Shown here in pieces: positions 13,532 to 26,784 of a DNA stretch of 64,000 nt. How positions within the stretch are numbered: position 1 is the stretch's first letter; every line of letters starts with the position of its first letter. The stretch is from assembly GCA_964106915.2 (NCBI GenBank), contig OZ066917.1, one strand, 5' to 3'. Both the position numbers and the translations under genes were made by a program. Origin of the DNA: Podarcis gaigeae. Taxonomy: Eukaryota. The notes beneath the pieces were generated by a model. The model had not been told where the DNA came from. It ran no database searches and was given only the letters and a program-made list of their open reading frames with translations.

Positions 13532-16500
13532 CCTCTTAGATATTGAGAGAGCTGGACAGGTAGGCAGCAGAAAGGTGGGCTTATGGGACTTAAGGTTTAG
13601 TGGCAAAGTACATGCTTTGCATGCAAAAGGTTGCATATTCAGTCCCTGGTATCTTGGAAAGAATCCAGTCAGAATCCTGGAGAGACACTTTCACTGTAGA
13701 CAATTCTGAGATAGGTGGACCAACAATCTGATTTGCTATAAGACAACTTCTTGTGTTCGTTCTTTAGGGGAAGGATGCTGGAGTCATTGAGACTAAAGGT
13801 GTAAAGGGAAAGAGCACTGGCCTCTGGCCCCAGCCCTCCAAGGAAAGTGACACCTTGGAAAGGGCAAGACTAGCCTAGCCCCAGCCATCAACCAGAGAAT
13901 GAGTAGCTGCAAGAACTTGCTCTCCTGCAGCAGGAGAAGGAAGCCTGCCATGTCCCTTGGGATTACACAAGTGAGGGGAAAGTCACCCTTATCTCTGCCA
14001 CTGGCCAGAGCAACAAGGGCTTGGTTTTGTTGCAAGCTGCCTTGGAAACCGTTAGTTTGAAAGTTGAAGTATACTTCTGGATGCAGGAGATAGGCAAGGA
14101 GAGCAGTACCTTGTAGGAACCCTGAGGATGCCCTAGAGCAGTATGTAGTGGAGAAGTTTCAAAAAAAATGAGGAGTCTGTTGGGGTTTAGCTGAGAAAGA
14201 AGTTGCAATTCAAGCCCAATGGAGGTTGTTCAGAGGTATTCAGAGTAGGCATCTGGGCCCATTGTGGAAAGAGAGAAGCAGAGGGACACATAAAAAGAGA
14301 AAGGGGATGTGGGTAGACATCCCTGGTTGTCAGACAAAGATGGATCTGAAAGAATCTTTATTCAGGATTCCTCCCCTCCTTTTTTTTTTTTAAAAAAAAC
14401 CCTCCTTTGGTTCTTGGAAGGTATGTTAGAGACTATATCTCCATCTCTTTGGTGACAGTTAAGGTTTCTTACGAGGTTTACACATCGCCCTTCCTGTTTC
14501 CCAAAGTCACCATGTCTGAATGGGATTATCCCTGCCAATATTTTTGACATGTTGGCAGCTGAACTTTAGCCTTGGGATATGCCTGCCTTTAGTGCAGAAA
14601 TGCTGATTGACACCCTTGAGCTGGTCCCTGCTCAGGCTACTTTGGAGAACTAGTTGAGACTAGCAGTTAATTCCTTTAGCAGATTTTTTTAAACATAGAG
14701 ATAAATTGACTATTGTTACATAGTCCTTGACAGAGGGAAGGAAATGTGGAAATGGTAGTCTTGTCAAAGCAACAATAGAGTTGCAGTTGCTCATATTAGC
14801 TGGTGAATGCGTGCAGCCGCTCCCAAGCAAAGATAAATACAGGAAAATAATCTTCACACATGGCAGTGTACATCTTTTATTTGTTGCAGTTATATTATTC
14901 TTGAAGGAAAAATGTGGCACGTGAACTGGCATTCTCTGATAAATACTACCTGTTTCTGACTCTGATGGCTGCATAGGAAATCCTGTGCACTGTTGGTTGG
15001 TGCTGGTTGGTGATGGTGTTCTTAAATTTCAATAAAAATAATTTTTTTTTAAAAAAAGGAAATCCTGTGCACAAGGATAGGGATGCTTGAGAAATTCATT
15101 TGCTTCATATTCCAAAGTGAACTGACCTAATCTGTACCCCCCTGACTAATGCGACACTCTACATTTGTTGTATTCAGTGTTGCTTGAATCCTAGTTGTTT
15201 TCTGCCTCTGAGCAAAAATTGGAATAAAAGACCCCCAAACTAAACACACAAATGGAACGCTAGAAGGGTTCGTTGTAGCCAAAGTACAGAAGGATTCTCT
15301 CCAACAGGATTTTCAATGCAATGTCCCTCCTTCCGAAATGGATCTTTTGCTGCCTTCAACTAGCTAGATTGGGAAGAACCCTGTTTAAAACTGGGCGGAT
15401 TCATGTAACAAACCCTGTCAGCAGAAGCCCTGTGCAAGGACTTCCACTTGCACAGTGCGGTTTCCCTCTCTTCCCCTATGTGCCCTGTAGAATTGGCTCT
15501 GGTGGCAAGTTGTGAGAACCCCCAGAACAGCCTATGGCGGGAGGGGGGGGTTCCGGCAAGCTGCAATGTTTGTGTGAATGGAACGTTCAACACAGCACAA
15601 TGTTGAATTTCAGCATATAATTCTTATCAGCAGACACCTCTCAAAACTGAAACTGTGGCAAGATGAGGCAAGAAAAAAGATGATAAAAAATGTGGAATTC
15701 AGTAAATATGTAGCTAGCATATTTGCTAATATAATGAAAGAGGGCCAGTTTCAGCATAAGCAAGAACAGCTGGCTGTTCTAATTAACACCAGGTGAACTC
15801 AGCATTGTATATGAAGAATTCAAAGAAGAAGAAGAGGCAGTCTGCTTTGTAAACAAAATTCTCCTGAGTGTTACCTAAAAAATCTACAGTTTTGTGAAGC
15901 ATCCTTCGTTTTCATTTGTATGCTCCATTCTGAATATTAAGCTATCAAAGCAGCCTTCAGCTGGAGCTGGACACCTGGGTGTTAGCTTTTTGCAAAGTGG
16001 CAGTGGGCAGTGACCCCTTGCACAGAGGCATCTTTGGGGACCTGGGGGCATTTGCAGCTGTCTTTTCAACAACAAAAAACCTCATTTTTCATTTTGCTTC
16101 TGTCAGGGCCTCTAATCTGATAAGTCCCTTGATACAGCTGTTGGCTCCATGTTGAAAAGCTATTTTCACCCTCTAAGAACTTCCAGGGTAGAATTACAGC
16201 GAGGGAGAGAAGGAAATGAAAACACAGGACTGTTCCTGGATTTATATAATGGTGATAGTAGACGTGTGAGAAGATAAATGGAATATGTGATACACAAGTT
16301 TGGAAGGCTGGATAGGATATGTAGATATGCAAGGTAGGGAAGGATGTCTGAAAGATGTGTGGCGGCTATGCACATCTTTGCATACGGGGATGCGGGTTTA
16401 CAATAGAGAGCGGGGGAGAGGCTGCACGTATACAAGTACACGTAAAGTACATTTGTGACAGTGGCACAGGAACACAGCAGCTGAGAACAGAAGGAGGATA

Positions 16501-16719
16501 TGTTTTAGGTATGTAAGAAAGGTGGGGATAATGGAACTGTGAACTTACATGGGGTGGAATTCAACATCTTGCTAAGGTGATCATCCTGCCAGTGCAAGCA
16601 TTTCTGTTTGCCAGGTGGGAGGATCTCCCCTCTCCTTCCTGACATGCTGACATGCTGGGAGTTTTCTTACAGATTTGAGGAGGGCTCAGAGAAGGGGTGG
16701 AAGTCTTGTTACAGTAGAG

Positions 16720-16902
16720 CAGGGCTGTCCAACTTCCAAGAGACTGCGATCTACAACCACTATAAAAAAAATTAGGGAAGCCAAGGTTGTTCAGCTTTTT
16801 TTAGGAAAGCCAAAGTTTTTGGGGTGGGGGAGGATCCCACGATTGACCAGGGGCATCCCGCAATCGACCAGTAGATCACCATCAATCTGTTGGACAGCCC
16901 TG
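16720..16902. mobile_element. hAT MITE
   Basis: TIR CAGGGCTGTCCAAC; 8-bp flanks CAGTAGAG/CACTAGAG. Confidence 0.85.
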
Positions 16903-17846
16903 CACTAGAGGGTCTCTGTGATCACTTCCGTTGCATAATGACTTAGCAGAATCTGGTCCATGATGTTTTGTGGGTGTATCAAGAGTCCCATTCTCCTAAT
17001 GTTCAAGGCACCAGTCTCTGTGCTGGTTGGTGCTGGGCTATATGGACTCATAGGACCAGGATGATTGCACAACCACTGCCACACCAAAACAGCAACAGTC
17101 AGTTTAAACATCTGCAGTAGGACGTGGCTCTTCTCTCAGATATTCTTTGTTCTACGCTATTATAGCCATTTCAACTCGAAGAGGTTTGCTTATGTTGTAT
17201 ATGAAGTGAGTTAGCAATGCAGCCAGAGTTTAATGGAAGCCAGGCAAACTGCTCCACCATTCTGTATTCCTGTAGCTTAAATGTGGATTACCAGTGAAAC
17301 ATATCATATTCTGCTTTGCATTAAAAGAGGCTTTTAGTCATTTTATTTTCCTGAACTTGCATCTTTCCACAGTAATCCTTTGCTGAATTTGATGTAATAA
17401 TATATTTGGAGATTTGGTCATTTTAATTATTTTTAATTTATTTCCCCCCAGGAGCGCTTTTTTCTGTCTAGTACATTTTCTTCTGCCTAATGTTATCCAT
17501 CGTGGGATTTGAGTCCTTCAGATACGGGGGACAAACTTAAGGGGGATTTGCAAAAATCACCAAATTTGGGCAAGATGGATGGCAACTAACTAAGTAAAGA
17601 ACAGTGCCAGTTTAAAGCAATATGTTATCTGGGACCGAAGGCAAACTGACAGCAGATGTTCTTAATTTTACATTTCAATTCAGTTTAAGAGCTCCTTGGC
17701 TTCTTATATATAGAACACAGATTTCACGTTCCAAGCAACATCAGTGTAGTGGCTGGCAGTTTTTCTTTACGATTGCTCTGTTTTACTCCAAAGCTCGTAA
17801 TAACACACTAGGCCTTTTTGTTGTATATCTGTTTTCTTCACTTTGG

Positions 17847-17880
17847 CTCCTCCTCCTCCTCCTCCTCCTCCTCCTCCTCT
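17847..17880. repeat. (CTC)n microsatellite
   Basis: About 11 units. Confidence 0.9.
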
Positions 17881-18980
17881 TTGCAAAACCAAACAAAAAT
17901 CCTGAAGCTGAGTTGTAAAGTCTCTTGCCAATATGCAGTAGTAATTACAGGCAGTTTTATCATCTAGCTAAAGTGTGGGAAACTGGATATGGCAGGTGGG
18001 CAAGATATTGATCTACCCCCCCCCAATCCCCACGAACTATTTTGATAGGTAGACCACCTATCCAGCACCTAACATCCCCATGATGCAAGGTAAAATGTTT
18101 TCCTTCAGCCTATATAGTTTGGAATTGTATTGGGCAAAGGCTCAGGATTTTTTTGGGTTTTCTATCTTAAAATTACAGTGAAGGCTAGACTCCGTCATAC
18201 AACTCTTCCAAAAAAAAAAAGTGGAGCTGTTGCTATAATTAATATGACCCTGTTTGCATGGCACATTAGATCATAGTTTGTTTTTTATGTATAGTTTAAT
18301 ATGAATGCAGAGTGTGCTAGTGCACATTGCTGGAACGTTCTTCCTCTGCTCCCTTGCTACTGTGCTGTATGTAAATAAGCCAGAGTCTGGCTTGTTGTGA
18401 CGTCCAAACCCATGCTTGTGTTTTATTTTTCTCCAAACAAACTATGAATAGTAACCAAGCTTTGTTCTTGACTTACTGCTTGTAGTCTGTTTAGGAGATA
18501 TAAACAATGATACTGGGTTTGGCCACTTCGACAAGCCAGAAAGTGGCTTGTTTTCCCTCTTGTCCTGCAATGTGCAGAGCAGAGTCCGCCTACAGCATTC
18601 ATGTTGCTGTGTGTACACATTAAGCCATAATTTTCTCTCAACTGTGATTTTAAGTGTGAACCAGGCCTATACAATTACAACTTGCTTTCTCAAGAGACAG
18701 TTGAAGGCCAAGAGGACAGAGCGTTAGACATAGACCTGTGCTTGTTCCATGTGTTTCAGATGAGCAGTTATACGGTATATTTAATATTAGCAACATATCC
18801 CGTGACAAGTGAGGTGGCTACATTTCCCCCCACATGTATGGAGAGCCACAACTGAAATAAGATTTCTGTGCATTACAAACTGCGCATGATGTAGCTGGCA
18901 AATCTTGAATGTGTGAATATCCCTGTTACGCCATATTACTGTTTAAAGATGCAGGCATACTCTACCAAGTTGCACCAGTA

Positions 18981-19206
18981 CAGTGGTACCTCAGGTTAAG
19001 AACTTAATTCGTTCCGGATGTCCGTTCTTAACCTGTAACTGTTCTTAACCTGAAGCACCACTTTAGCTAATGGGGACTCCTGCTGCCACCGCACCACCGC
19101 TGCACGATATCTGTTCTCATCCTGAAGCAAAGTTCTTAACCCGAGGTACTATTTCTGGGTTAGCGGAGTCTATAACCTGAAGTGTCTGTAACCCGAGGTA
19201 CCACTG
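18981..19206. mobile_element. Tc1/mariner (Tigger-like) MITE
   Basis: TIR CAGTGGTACCTC(A/G)GGTTA, TA duplication on both sides. Confidence 0.9.
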
Positions 19207-20968
19207 TATTATAAAAGTGACAGAATATTGATGTGGAAATCTGATCTTCCTATAGATCAGAGATTAATTTTCTCTGTTTTCCTGTTGGGGAATTTGAGGG
19301 CATGGGGAAAATAAAGTGACATAAGTAAAAAAAGGTAGCAGAGATGTAAATGCATTTCAGAAGATAAGTCATGGTTCTTTTTTATTATGAAAAAGCCATT
19401 CTTACCCTTGTGAAACTGAGCTTGGGTTGCTTCTCCCTTCTGTAAGCAAACCTTGTAATAACAGAAAATGTTTTATATTCCATCTGCAAAGAAAGTTGTT
19501 CCCTAGTGGCTTGGCTTGCAGAAGTGTTGGGCTGTTCTTTCTCTGCTCATTGGCCAAGACGACTTTGGCTGTTTTTTGTTTAAAGCTCTGGATCTGCTTT
19601 TGTGCATACATATCCTTTGCCAGTAATTTTGGAGCCTGTGCCTTGGCTCTGGGATTCAGAAATGGCTGTGATGAATTTGGACCACCAGGAGGCACATTAA
19701 TTTTTCCTGATTCTATTTGTATTTTGTTAATCAGATAAATGTGTGATGTCAGCAGCCAAGCTTTCAAATCTCTTTTCTCCCACCACTGTTTTCTGTGTCT
19801 CCTAACATTTTGTCCCATGAGAAAGAGAAATGAGAAAATAAAGTCAGCACCAGTCTCTCCTTAATTTTTGTCCCATTGATATCTTGGGAGTGAAGAATTA
19901 ACCTCCCATCTGTCTGCAATACCCAGTGGATACATGGCTCTCCCTCCCCAGCCTGCCTTTAAAGAATTAATCACTTTTCTGAAGTTCACTCCTTTACACC
20001 TTCTTTTTACTTTTATTATTATTATTTTAGTTGCATGATGCCAAGACATTCCTGAAGCATTAAACATGTTTGCTGCAAATCATTTTTATGTCTTTGTTAA
20101 GTCTCTCCCCTCCTTTCCTTCTTGAATCCAGGCACTAGCACGGAAATATTCTCCTGACAGCTAATACGTTTTTCATTTGGGGAGGCTTTTTGCCGTGCTG
20201 CCAAGGGAGCTGTTTTTTATTTAAAAATGTTTTTGAAGCAATCTTGCTTTAATTAGCCTGTTTGAGAAATTTCATGTCACTTTTCCATAAGCGTGGGTGG
20301 GAGAACCTTGGAGCCAGAGCTGTCTTTTGCTGTTGGAGAGCTGGTATAAATCCCAGAGAAAGAAAACATATTTTTCCACTCTTCCAGTCTGCCAATAGAG
20401 ACTTGGCCATAGTTTTCAGTTCACAGGCTGTTCTAGTTTTTGCTGTCCCGGCTGCCTGAATACTTGCATTGATCCAGTCCAACTGTAGACAGCACACCCT
20501 CTCACTAGCACGGGTCATATGAAAAGAAGTCAGGAATCCTAGGCTACCAAATCACAAACTTTGCAGGCAAAAATCCCAGACTCCAGTCTTATGAAAATGA
20601 AGGGCTTATTTGTAGTTTTCAGGTGAAGGTTTAAATTGGTGCAGCATTTCTTATCGCAGCGCTTCAGTGAAGGAATACTTGATATCTATATCTTGTGATA
20701 TTTTTGCTTCAGTTTAACTAATTTCTGGATGTTAAGGAGTCCTTTTAGCCTTTGGACCTAGCAAATGTGTTTTTAGAGCAGGGCATGATGCAGCACAGAG
20801 CTGTTTCTTTCTATTTACTACTTTGTTTCTCAAAATTCTTGAATTCGTATCGCCTTCCAAACTTACAGCCTCTAGATCAGAATCAGTCCTTTATTCCTCA
20901 AATGAATGTGCAAAGAGGTCCTTGCTCACAGTTGTGTGCATACACCCTGCTGCTGCACTGGGGTAGTA

Positions 20969-21393
20969 CCGTATATACTTGACTTATAAGCTGACTTTTT
21001 CAGCACATTTTTTACGCTGAAAAAGCCCCCTCGGCTTATACTTGAGTGAGGTGGGCAGCAGCGGCAGAGAGACGAGTGGCCCCAAAGGAGCCCTTTCTTG
21101 CCGCTGGTCCCACTGCCGCCGCCCGCCTCTTTCAAGGGCAGGCACAGGAGCCATGTTTGGGAGAGGCATTGCACTGTGCTGTGCCTCTCCCAATCGTGGC
21201 TCCTATGCCTGCTCTTGTGGTGGCGGAGGGACCTTTCGGGCTTCTTGTTCTTCCTCCACTGCTGCCGCCACCACCAGGTTTGTGGTGTGGTGAACCGGCT
21301 TATACTCGAGTCAATAAGTTTTCCCAGTTTTTTTGTGCTAAAATTAGGTGCCTCAGCTTATATTCGGGTCAGCTTATACTCGAGTATATACGG
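20969..21393. mobile_element. Tc2/pogo-like non-autonomous DNA transposon
   Basis: TA-CCGTATATACT...AGTATATACGG-TA; internal ggcttatactcgagt repeats; GC-rich core. Confidence 0.85.
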
Positions 21394-22737
21394 TAATTCA
21401 CCAATCATTATATGTAGGTCACTCAGACCCTCACTGCATTGCCCCACGGAACTTTGCATTGTAAGTCCTTGGTAAAGATGGCATCGTATCTCTGAGATAC
21501 TATTATGTTTTGCTAGATAAGGAAAGGGGTTTACTAGAGCAAGAACCAGTGAGGTAGAAAGTTGTTATTATATGACAACTCCGTTAGAGGTTTCAGTTTT
21601 GGGCACCTGATTCTTGGAATCCTGTGCAGATGGTTAAGAAGTGTTCAGAGACAGTAATAGAGAAAACAGCAGGGAAGAGAGGAAGAAGGAAGGCTGAGGT
21701 TGTTGGGGTTTTTTTGGCTGGTTGTGGTGAGAACTTGTGCAAACATTCCCTCCTAATGGATTTCTCAAATGTACTGGCAGGCAGGCAAGCAAAGGCAGGT
21801 GTCACGTCAAATACCTTCTCGGATGAAACTTGATCCATCCCTCTTGATCTGGTATACTCATTCTCACTTTTAAAGGACCTCTTTGTTGGTTGTTTTGCTC
21901 CTAAGAGCCCAGAGCATAGTGCAGCCAACTAGTTTAGCAGACAAAGTAGACCTCAGTAAGAAACCTTTCTCTCTCTCTTGCTCTCTAATGTTAATTTTGC
22001 AAGTATATCTGAAAACCCATTATATTTCTCTCTTTCTCAAGGTTCATAACAGTAGAACATTAGGACGAGTATTCTCAACAATTCCAATTTGATTACCAAC
22101 ATACAAAGCTGAATAACTGTTCCCTGTTGATATGGGTTTCTGTTTTGAACAACAATGAAGTTTTAAGCTTGTTTATTATGGTTATGGCAATACACTTTGA
22201 AACTGACTCCTCCTTCATAAAAGTCTCGGTTTGTTTTGAGAACTAATTATCTGTTCCGGGGGGGGGGGGGTTGCTGTAGTGGGATAAGTTTTTATGGAAT
22301 ATCCTAGATTGCTTTCCACACCAGCAGTTTAGGGCAGAATTGAACCGCCTGATTTGCCTTGTTGCGGGGTAGGTTGTATGGAATGAAGGTATCTCACTGC
22401 CCAGGCCAGAACAGCTGTGTCCGCCTCCACCTATGGAGTGACACTAGCATCATTCTGCCAGCACATAGCTCCCCATTCCAAATTGATTGTTTGTGTATGT
22501 GTGTTTGGGTGCTAAAAGGGCTTCACCAGATAATAAATTTCAAAGCAATGTATTTGGAAATCATATGGTCATAATGGATAATTTCAATAATTCTGCTGAC
22601 CTTTTTTAAAAAAGAGATCAGCTCTAGTCTACACTCCTATTTGATGTGGCAGAGAAATTAGATAGTTATAAGAATAAAGAAAACAAGATGACAAGTGAAA
22701 AATCAGTTGGGCTGTTCAATCTGTTTCTACTTAAAAG

Positions 22738-22751
22738 TCAATCAATCAGTC

Positions 22752-22785
<34 letters not shown>

Positions 22786-22796
22786 GTCAATCAATC
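22738..22796. repeat. (TCAA)n microsatellite, imperfect
   Basis: Direct inspection. Confidence 0.9.
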
Positions 22797-23298
22797 CAGA
22801 GGCATTATGATTTGCTTAGTGGCATACTGCCTTTGCCCAGCAACTGCATACGTACATCCATTGTACACCATGAAAACAGGACCATACCTACAGGAAACTA
22901 TCCAATTGACTCCTGGAGACACAAAGGCTGCACTCTCAAACACACTTGCATGTAAATCCTATTGATATCAGTGAACTAGGTGTCACATTGGCAAAAGCAT
23001 CATCCTACCCACATATTGTCAAGGTGATGGGAATATTGGAGCTATTTGTGAAGGGGAGATTGGTGTGGTGTAACTCCTCCTGTGCATCCAATTTCTATCC
23101 TGAAAACATCCCACCCAGGCCATGTTTCTCCTGCCTAGGCTTGTTGTGGAGCCCAGCTAAAGAAAAATATTTAAAACTTGACGTTTTGTAGGGGAATTTG
23201 CTGGACTGAATGTGGAGGGTGGGAGTGGAGAGAGGGAAGATTAAGTACCCTCCTCTTGTCCGCCTGCACTTCTTACAAGTGAGCACTCCACAATAGTA

Positions 23299-23660
23299 AG
23301 GTAAAGGTAAAGGTACCCCTGCCCGTACGGGCCAGTCTTGACAGACTCTGGGGTTGTGCGCCCATCTCACTTAAGAGGCCAGGGGCCAGCGCTGTCCGGA
23401 GACACTTCCGGGTCACGTGGCCAGCGTGACATCGCTGCTCTGGCGAGCCAGAGCTGCACACGGAAACGCCGTTTACCTTCCCGCTGGTAAGCGGTCCCTA
23501 TTTATCTACTTGCACCCGGAGGTGCTTTCGAACTGCTAGGTTGGCAGGCGCTGGGACCGAGCAGCGAGAGCGCACCCCGCCGCAGGGATTCGAACCGCCG
23601 ACCTTTCGATCGGCAAGTCCTAGGCGCTGAGGCTTTAACCCACAGCGCCACCTGCGTCCC
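23299..23660 (-). mobile_element. Full-length Sauria SINE (Squam1/POM type)
   Basis: 5' GGGACGCAGGTGGCGCTGTGG (A box), GGTTCGAATCC (B box), (ACCTTT)n tail, perfect 13-bp TSD CTCCACAATAGTA at 23286-23298 and 23661-23673, CpG-rich. Confidence 0.92.
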
Positions 23661-24044
23661 CTCCACAATAGTACAGTATTGCAAAGGAAGTGGAGAGCTT
23701 AGAACCCCATGTTACCTTCCAGCATGCAGTTTCTTCTTTATTTCTAGGTTTAAGATCAGGAGGTTAGGAAAGAACGAGCACTTGGGGCATAAGAAATGGT
23801 CATATTTGAGACACCTGCATATGCTATGGTTCTTGAAGTTTTTCAACAGTACATGAGATTGTGATATAATCTCATGGAAAGGATATAAGCTTCCTCAGTT
23901 TGTAATAAATGCAAATCCTTGAGCACCCCCTCCCTTGTGATTCTTTTTAATCTACTTACATTGTCCACCACTGTTACTTTTCTCCCATGTGTAAAGCCCA
24001 GCAGTTCAGCTTTTAACAGATCCTGTTGCCATCCTCTTAAACAG

Positions 24045-24191
24045 ATCTCAAAGACTTCAAATACGATGGCCAGCATGTGATAGAAGTTGATGAGGGAAAT
24101 ACAGCTGTAATTGCCTGTGATCTTCCTGAAAGCCACCCAAAGGCCCAGGTTCGCTACAGTGTGAAACATGAATGGCTGGAGGTCTCCAGAG
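24045..24191 (+). CDS. BOC: BOC exon, Ig domain 2 N-half
   Basis: aaacag|AT CTC...AGA G|gtgagt; NLKDFKYDGQHVIEVDEGNTAVIACDLPESHPKAQVRYSVKHEWLEVSR; 147 nt; too short for the ORF track. Confidence 0.96.
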
Positions 24192-24774
24192 GTGAGTTGT
24201 GACTGACTTACAAAGGAAGAGAAACTGGAATTGGTGTCTGCTTTATATCTCACTTACCTTCTAGTCAGTTTTTACCCCTCCCTACACCTTCTGACTGTGC
24301 CTTTTGGGCTGATCTGTACAATCATTTTTCTGAGTTCTCTTAAGGGCTATGGCCTTATGTATAGTAGACATAGTCTTTCATGACTCCACATTTCGGTCCT
24401 CACCCAAGAGCAGTTTCTTGACTGTCCTGTAACTTTCTTGAGGCACTAAAAATATACCTGTGAAAGAAATATCTGAAAGCTGGGAAGTGCTGGGAGGATG
24501 ACTGAATCCTTTATTTTAATAATAAAACCAAATGATGTCCTAATTATCATACCAGGTTTGCCATGAGAATTAAAGCTGATTTTTTTTTATACTCCATCTT
24601 TTTATCCCATTCTTCCAACCACTCACCATTTTCTTTCTCTCAATCTTAGCTGGAAACTTCTTCAGCTCCTCTTATTATTACTCAATAATGTTCCTTTTGT
24701 GTTTACAGTATGCTAGAAATTGTATAATACGGATGTTCCCTGCCTTAGGAATCCCTGTTCTTTCATCTTAACAG

Positions 24775-24918
24775 ACAACTATCTGATCATGCCATCTGGG
24801 AACCTTCAGATAGTCAATGCAAGCCAAGACGATGAGGGAACTTACAAATGTGCGGCCTACAACCCTATCACCCAGGAAGTAAAAACATCTGTGTCTAGCG
24901 AGAAACTCCGTGTGAGAC
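24775..24918 (+). CDS. BOC: BOC exon, Ig domain 2 C-half
   Basis: taacag|AC AAC...AGA C|gtaagt; NYLIMPSGNLQIVNASQDDEGTYKCAAYNP; 144 nt. Confidence 0.96.
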
Positions 24919-25337
24919 GTAAGTCACTTTTCCCAAATATTTGGGTTCATTGGCTTCAGGCTGTTTTAAGGTGGTGGTCCCATTTTGCAGGTGCCACCAA
25001 ATGCAGTCCTTTTAAGCTGCATGTTTTACACAAGCCCTTCATATATGAGAGCTTGCTTTCTATACAGGAGTGTTAAATTCAAAGTATCCTCTTGCAGTGC
25101 AAGTAGCAGAAGCTTATCTCACAAGCATAAGGCTTCATTGTACATTTTCTGTTGCTTTTGGTATTATATATGGAGTGATGAAGTTGTTGATGGCAGAGTT
25201 GGTGAAATTCCAGTTGGTGAAACTTCCTGTTTAGTGGCTTTTTCGCCCCAATAGGCTTTTCTGCTTACATAGTGCATCTTGTCCTGTTCTAAGAGACTGT
25301 CTTACTTTTGTTTCACTGATTTCTCTCTTGGCACTAG

Positions 25338-25631
25338 GCTCCACAGCTGAGGCAGCTCGCATAATTTATCCCCCAGAGGCTCAGACCATCATTGTCACTA
25401 AGGGCCAAACTCTAATCCTTGAATGCGTGGCTAGTGGGATTCCACCTCCACGTGTCACGTGGGCTAAGGATGGCTCCAACGTCTCTGGCTACAACAAGAC
25501 TCGATTCCTTCTCAGCAATCTCCTAATTGATGCAATCAGTGAGGAAGACTCGGGGACCTACAGCTGTATGGCTGACAATGGCATGGGTGAGGCTGCAGCA
25601 GCATTCATTCTCTACAACGTTCAAGTGTTTG
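25338..25631 (+). CDS. BOC: BOC exon, Ig domain 3
   Basis: cactag|GC TCC...TTT G|gtgagt; STAEAARIIYPPEAQ...YSCMADNG...YNVQVF; 294 nt. Confidence 0.97.
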
Positions 25632-26457
25632 GTGAGTATAACTTCATTTTCCTCCCTCTTCTCTCCTGTTAGACCCAGCAGCTATAGCCATGGTCTGGAG
25701 ACTGCTCACATGGTCATATATTTCAGAACTGTTTTTGAGGTGAAATTTAATGCTCACAAGCAAAATTCCTCCAGCTTAGATTTCACTCAGGGGCCTAACT
25801 CCTAATAACTGCCTAAGTAAGCTTTGAGGGCAGAACTAAAGCTTTGACTTTCCAAAAAAGAGCCAGAGGATTAAAACTGAGTTATTTATTGAGGCACAGT
25901 AATTCTAGGCACACACACATAAATATAATCAAAAGACAGAAAATTGTATTCAGTAACTAAAAATGTTCTAAGCTAGATGGAATGTGCTGTGAAAAACAGT
26001 TATGTGCTTTTAGCTGAACTGTAATTTAAAGATCCTTGGGTGAATTTGGTCCTTTGAGTCTCTCACAAAGAAATTAAAGAGATATCAACATATAGTATGC
26101 CAAGCTTAATGATCAAGCCAAAAGACAGAGGCATTTCCTTTTTAAAGGAAATAAATGTCTGGGCTATAAGCTAATGCAGGCTAAGTAATCCCTGGCCAAT
26201 CAAGAAGGCTGCTTCATCTACCTGCATAATAAGCCCAATTTGATAGGATTACCTGGTATAAATGCATATAAAAGAAATACACAGAACAGGCAATTGTTCT
26301 TGAAGGAGTTGATTTACAGAATTCATCACATGAAGGTTTTACCTAGGTCCTTTGCCCAAGAACCTGGATCAGGGAGCTTTTGGAAGAGATTTAATTAATG
26401 GAGAGGTCCATTAGTTTTCCGGTCTAGAGCCTGTGGCCGTAGAAGAGCGTAGTGACT

Positions 26458-26560
26458 GCCCATCTGTCATGGATGCTTTAGCTGAGATTCCTGCATTGCA
26501 GGGGGTTGGACTAGATGACCCTTGGGTCCCTTCCAACTCGTAAGATTCTATTATTCTATG
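26458..26560 (+). mobile_element. CR1 3' tail
   Basis: cctgcattgcagggggttggactagatgaccct...cccttccaact...attctattattctatg. Confidence 0.8.
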
Positions 26561-26784
26561 GTCTCTGAAAGATTACTTTTGAAATACGTGAAGGATCTAC
26601 TTATCGGACACTTAATGGCTGTGCACAAGAATAAATAGGTTTAGGTATTGCTGTCTTCATAACACAGCAATGTAGTTTATAACACAGCAATGTAGGAGGA
26701 TAGCTACAAATATTTCAGTTCTGCCTGTTTCAGAGGTGAATGGTCGTTCTAACACCTGAATTGTAACTCTTGTTTCCTTTTCAG

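Noticed and set aside
18050-18060. GLI-like site GACCACCTA
   Set aside because: A single mismatched motif inside a probable repeat relic; expected by chance.
21030-21300. CpG-island or promoter-like GC-rich patches (also 23300-23660 and 62870-63210)
   Set aside because: All lie inside transposable elements. No true CpG-island promoter is visible in the window.
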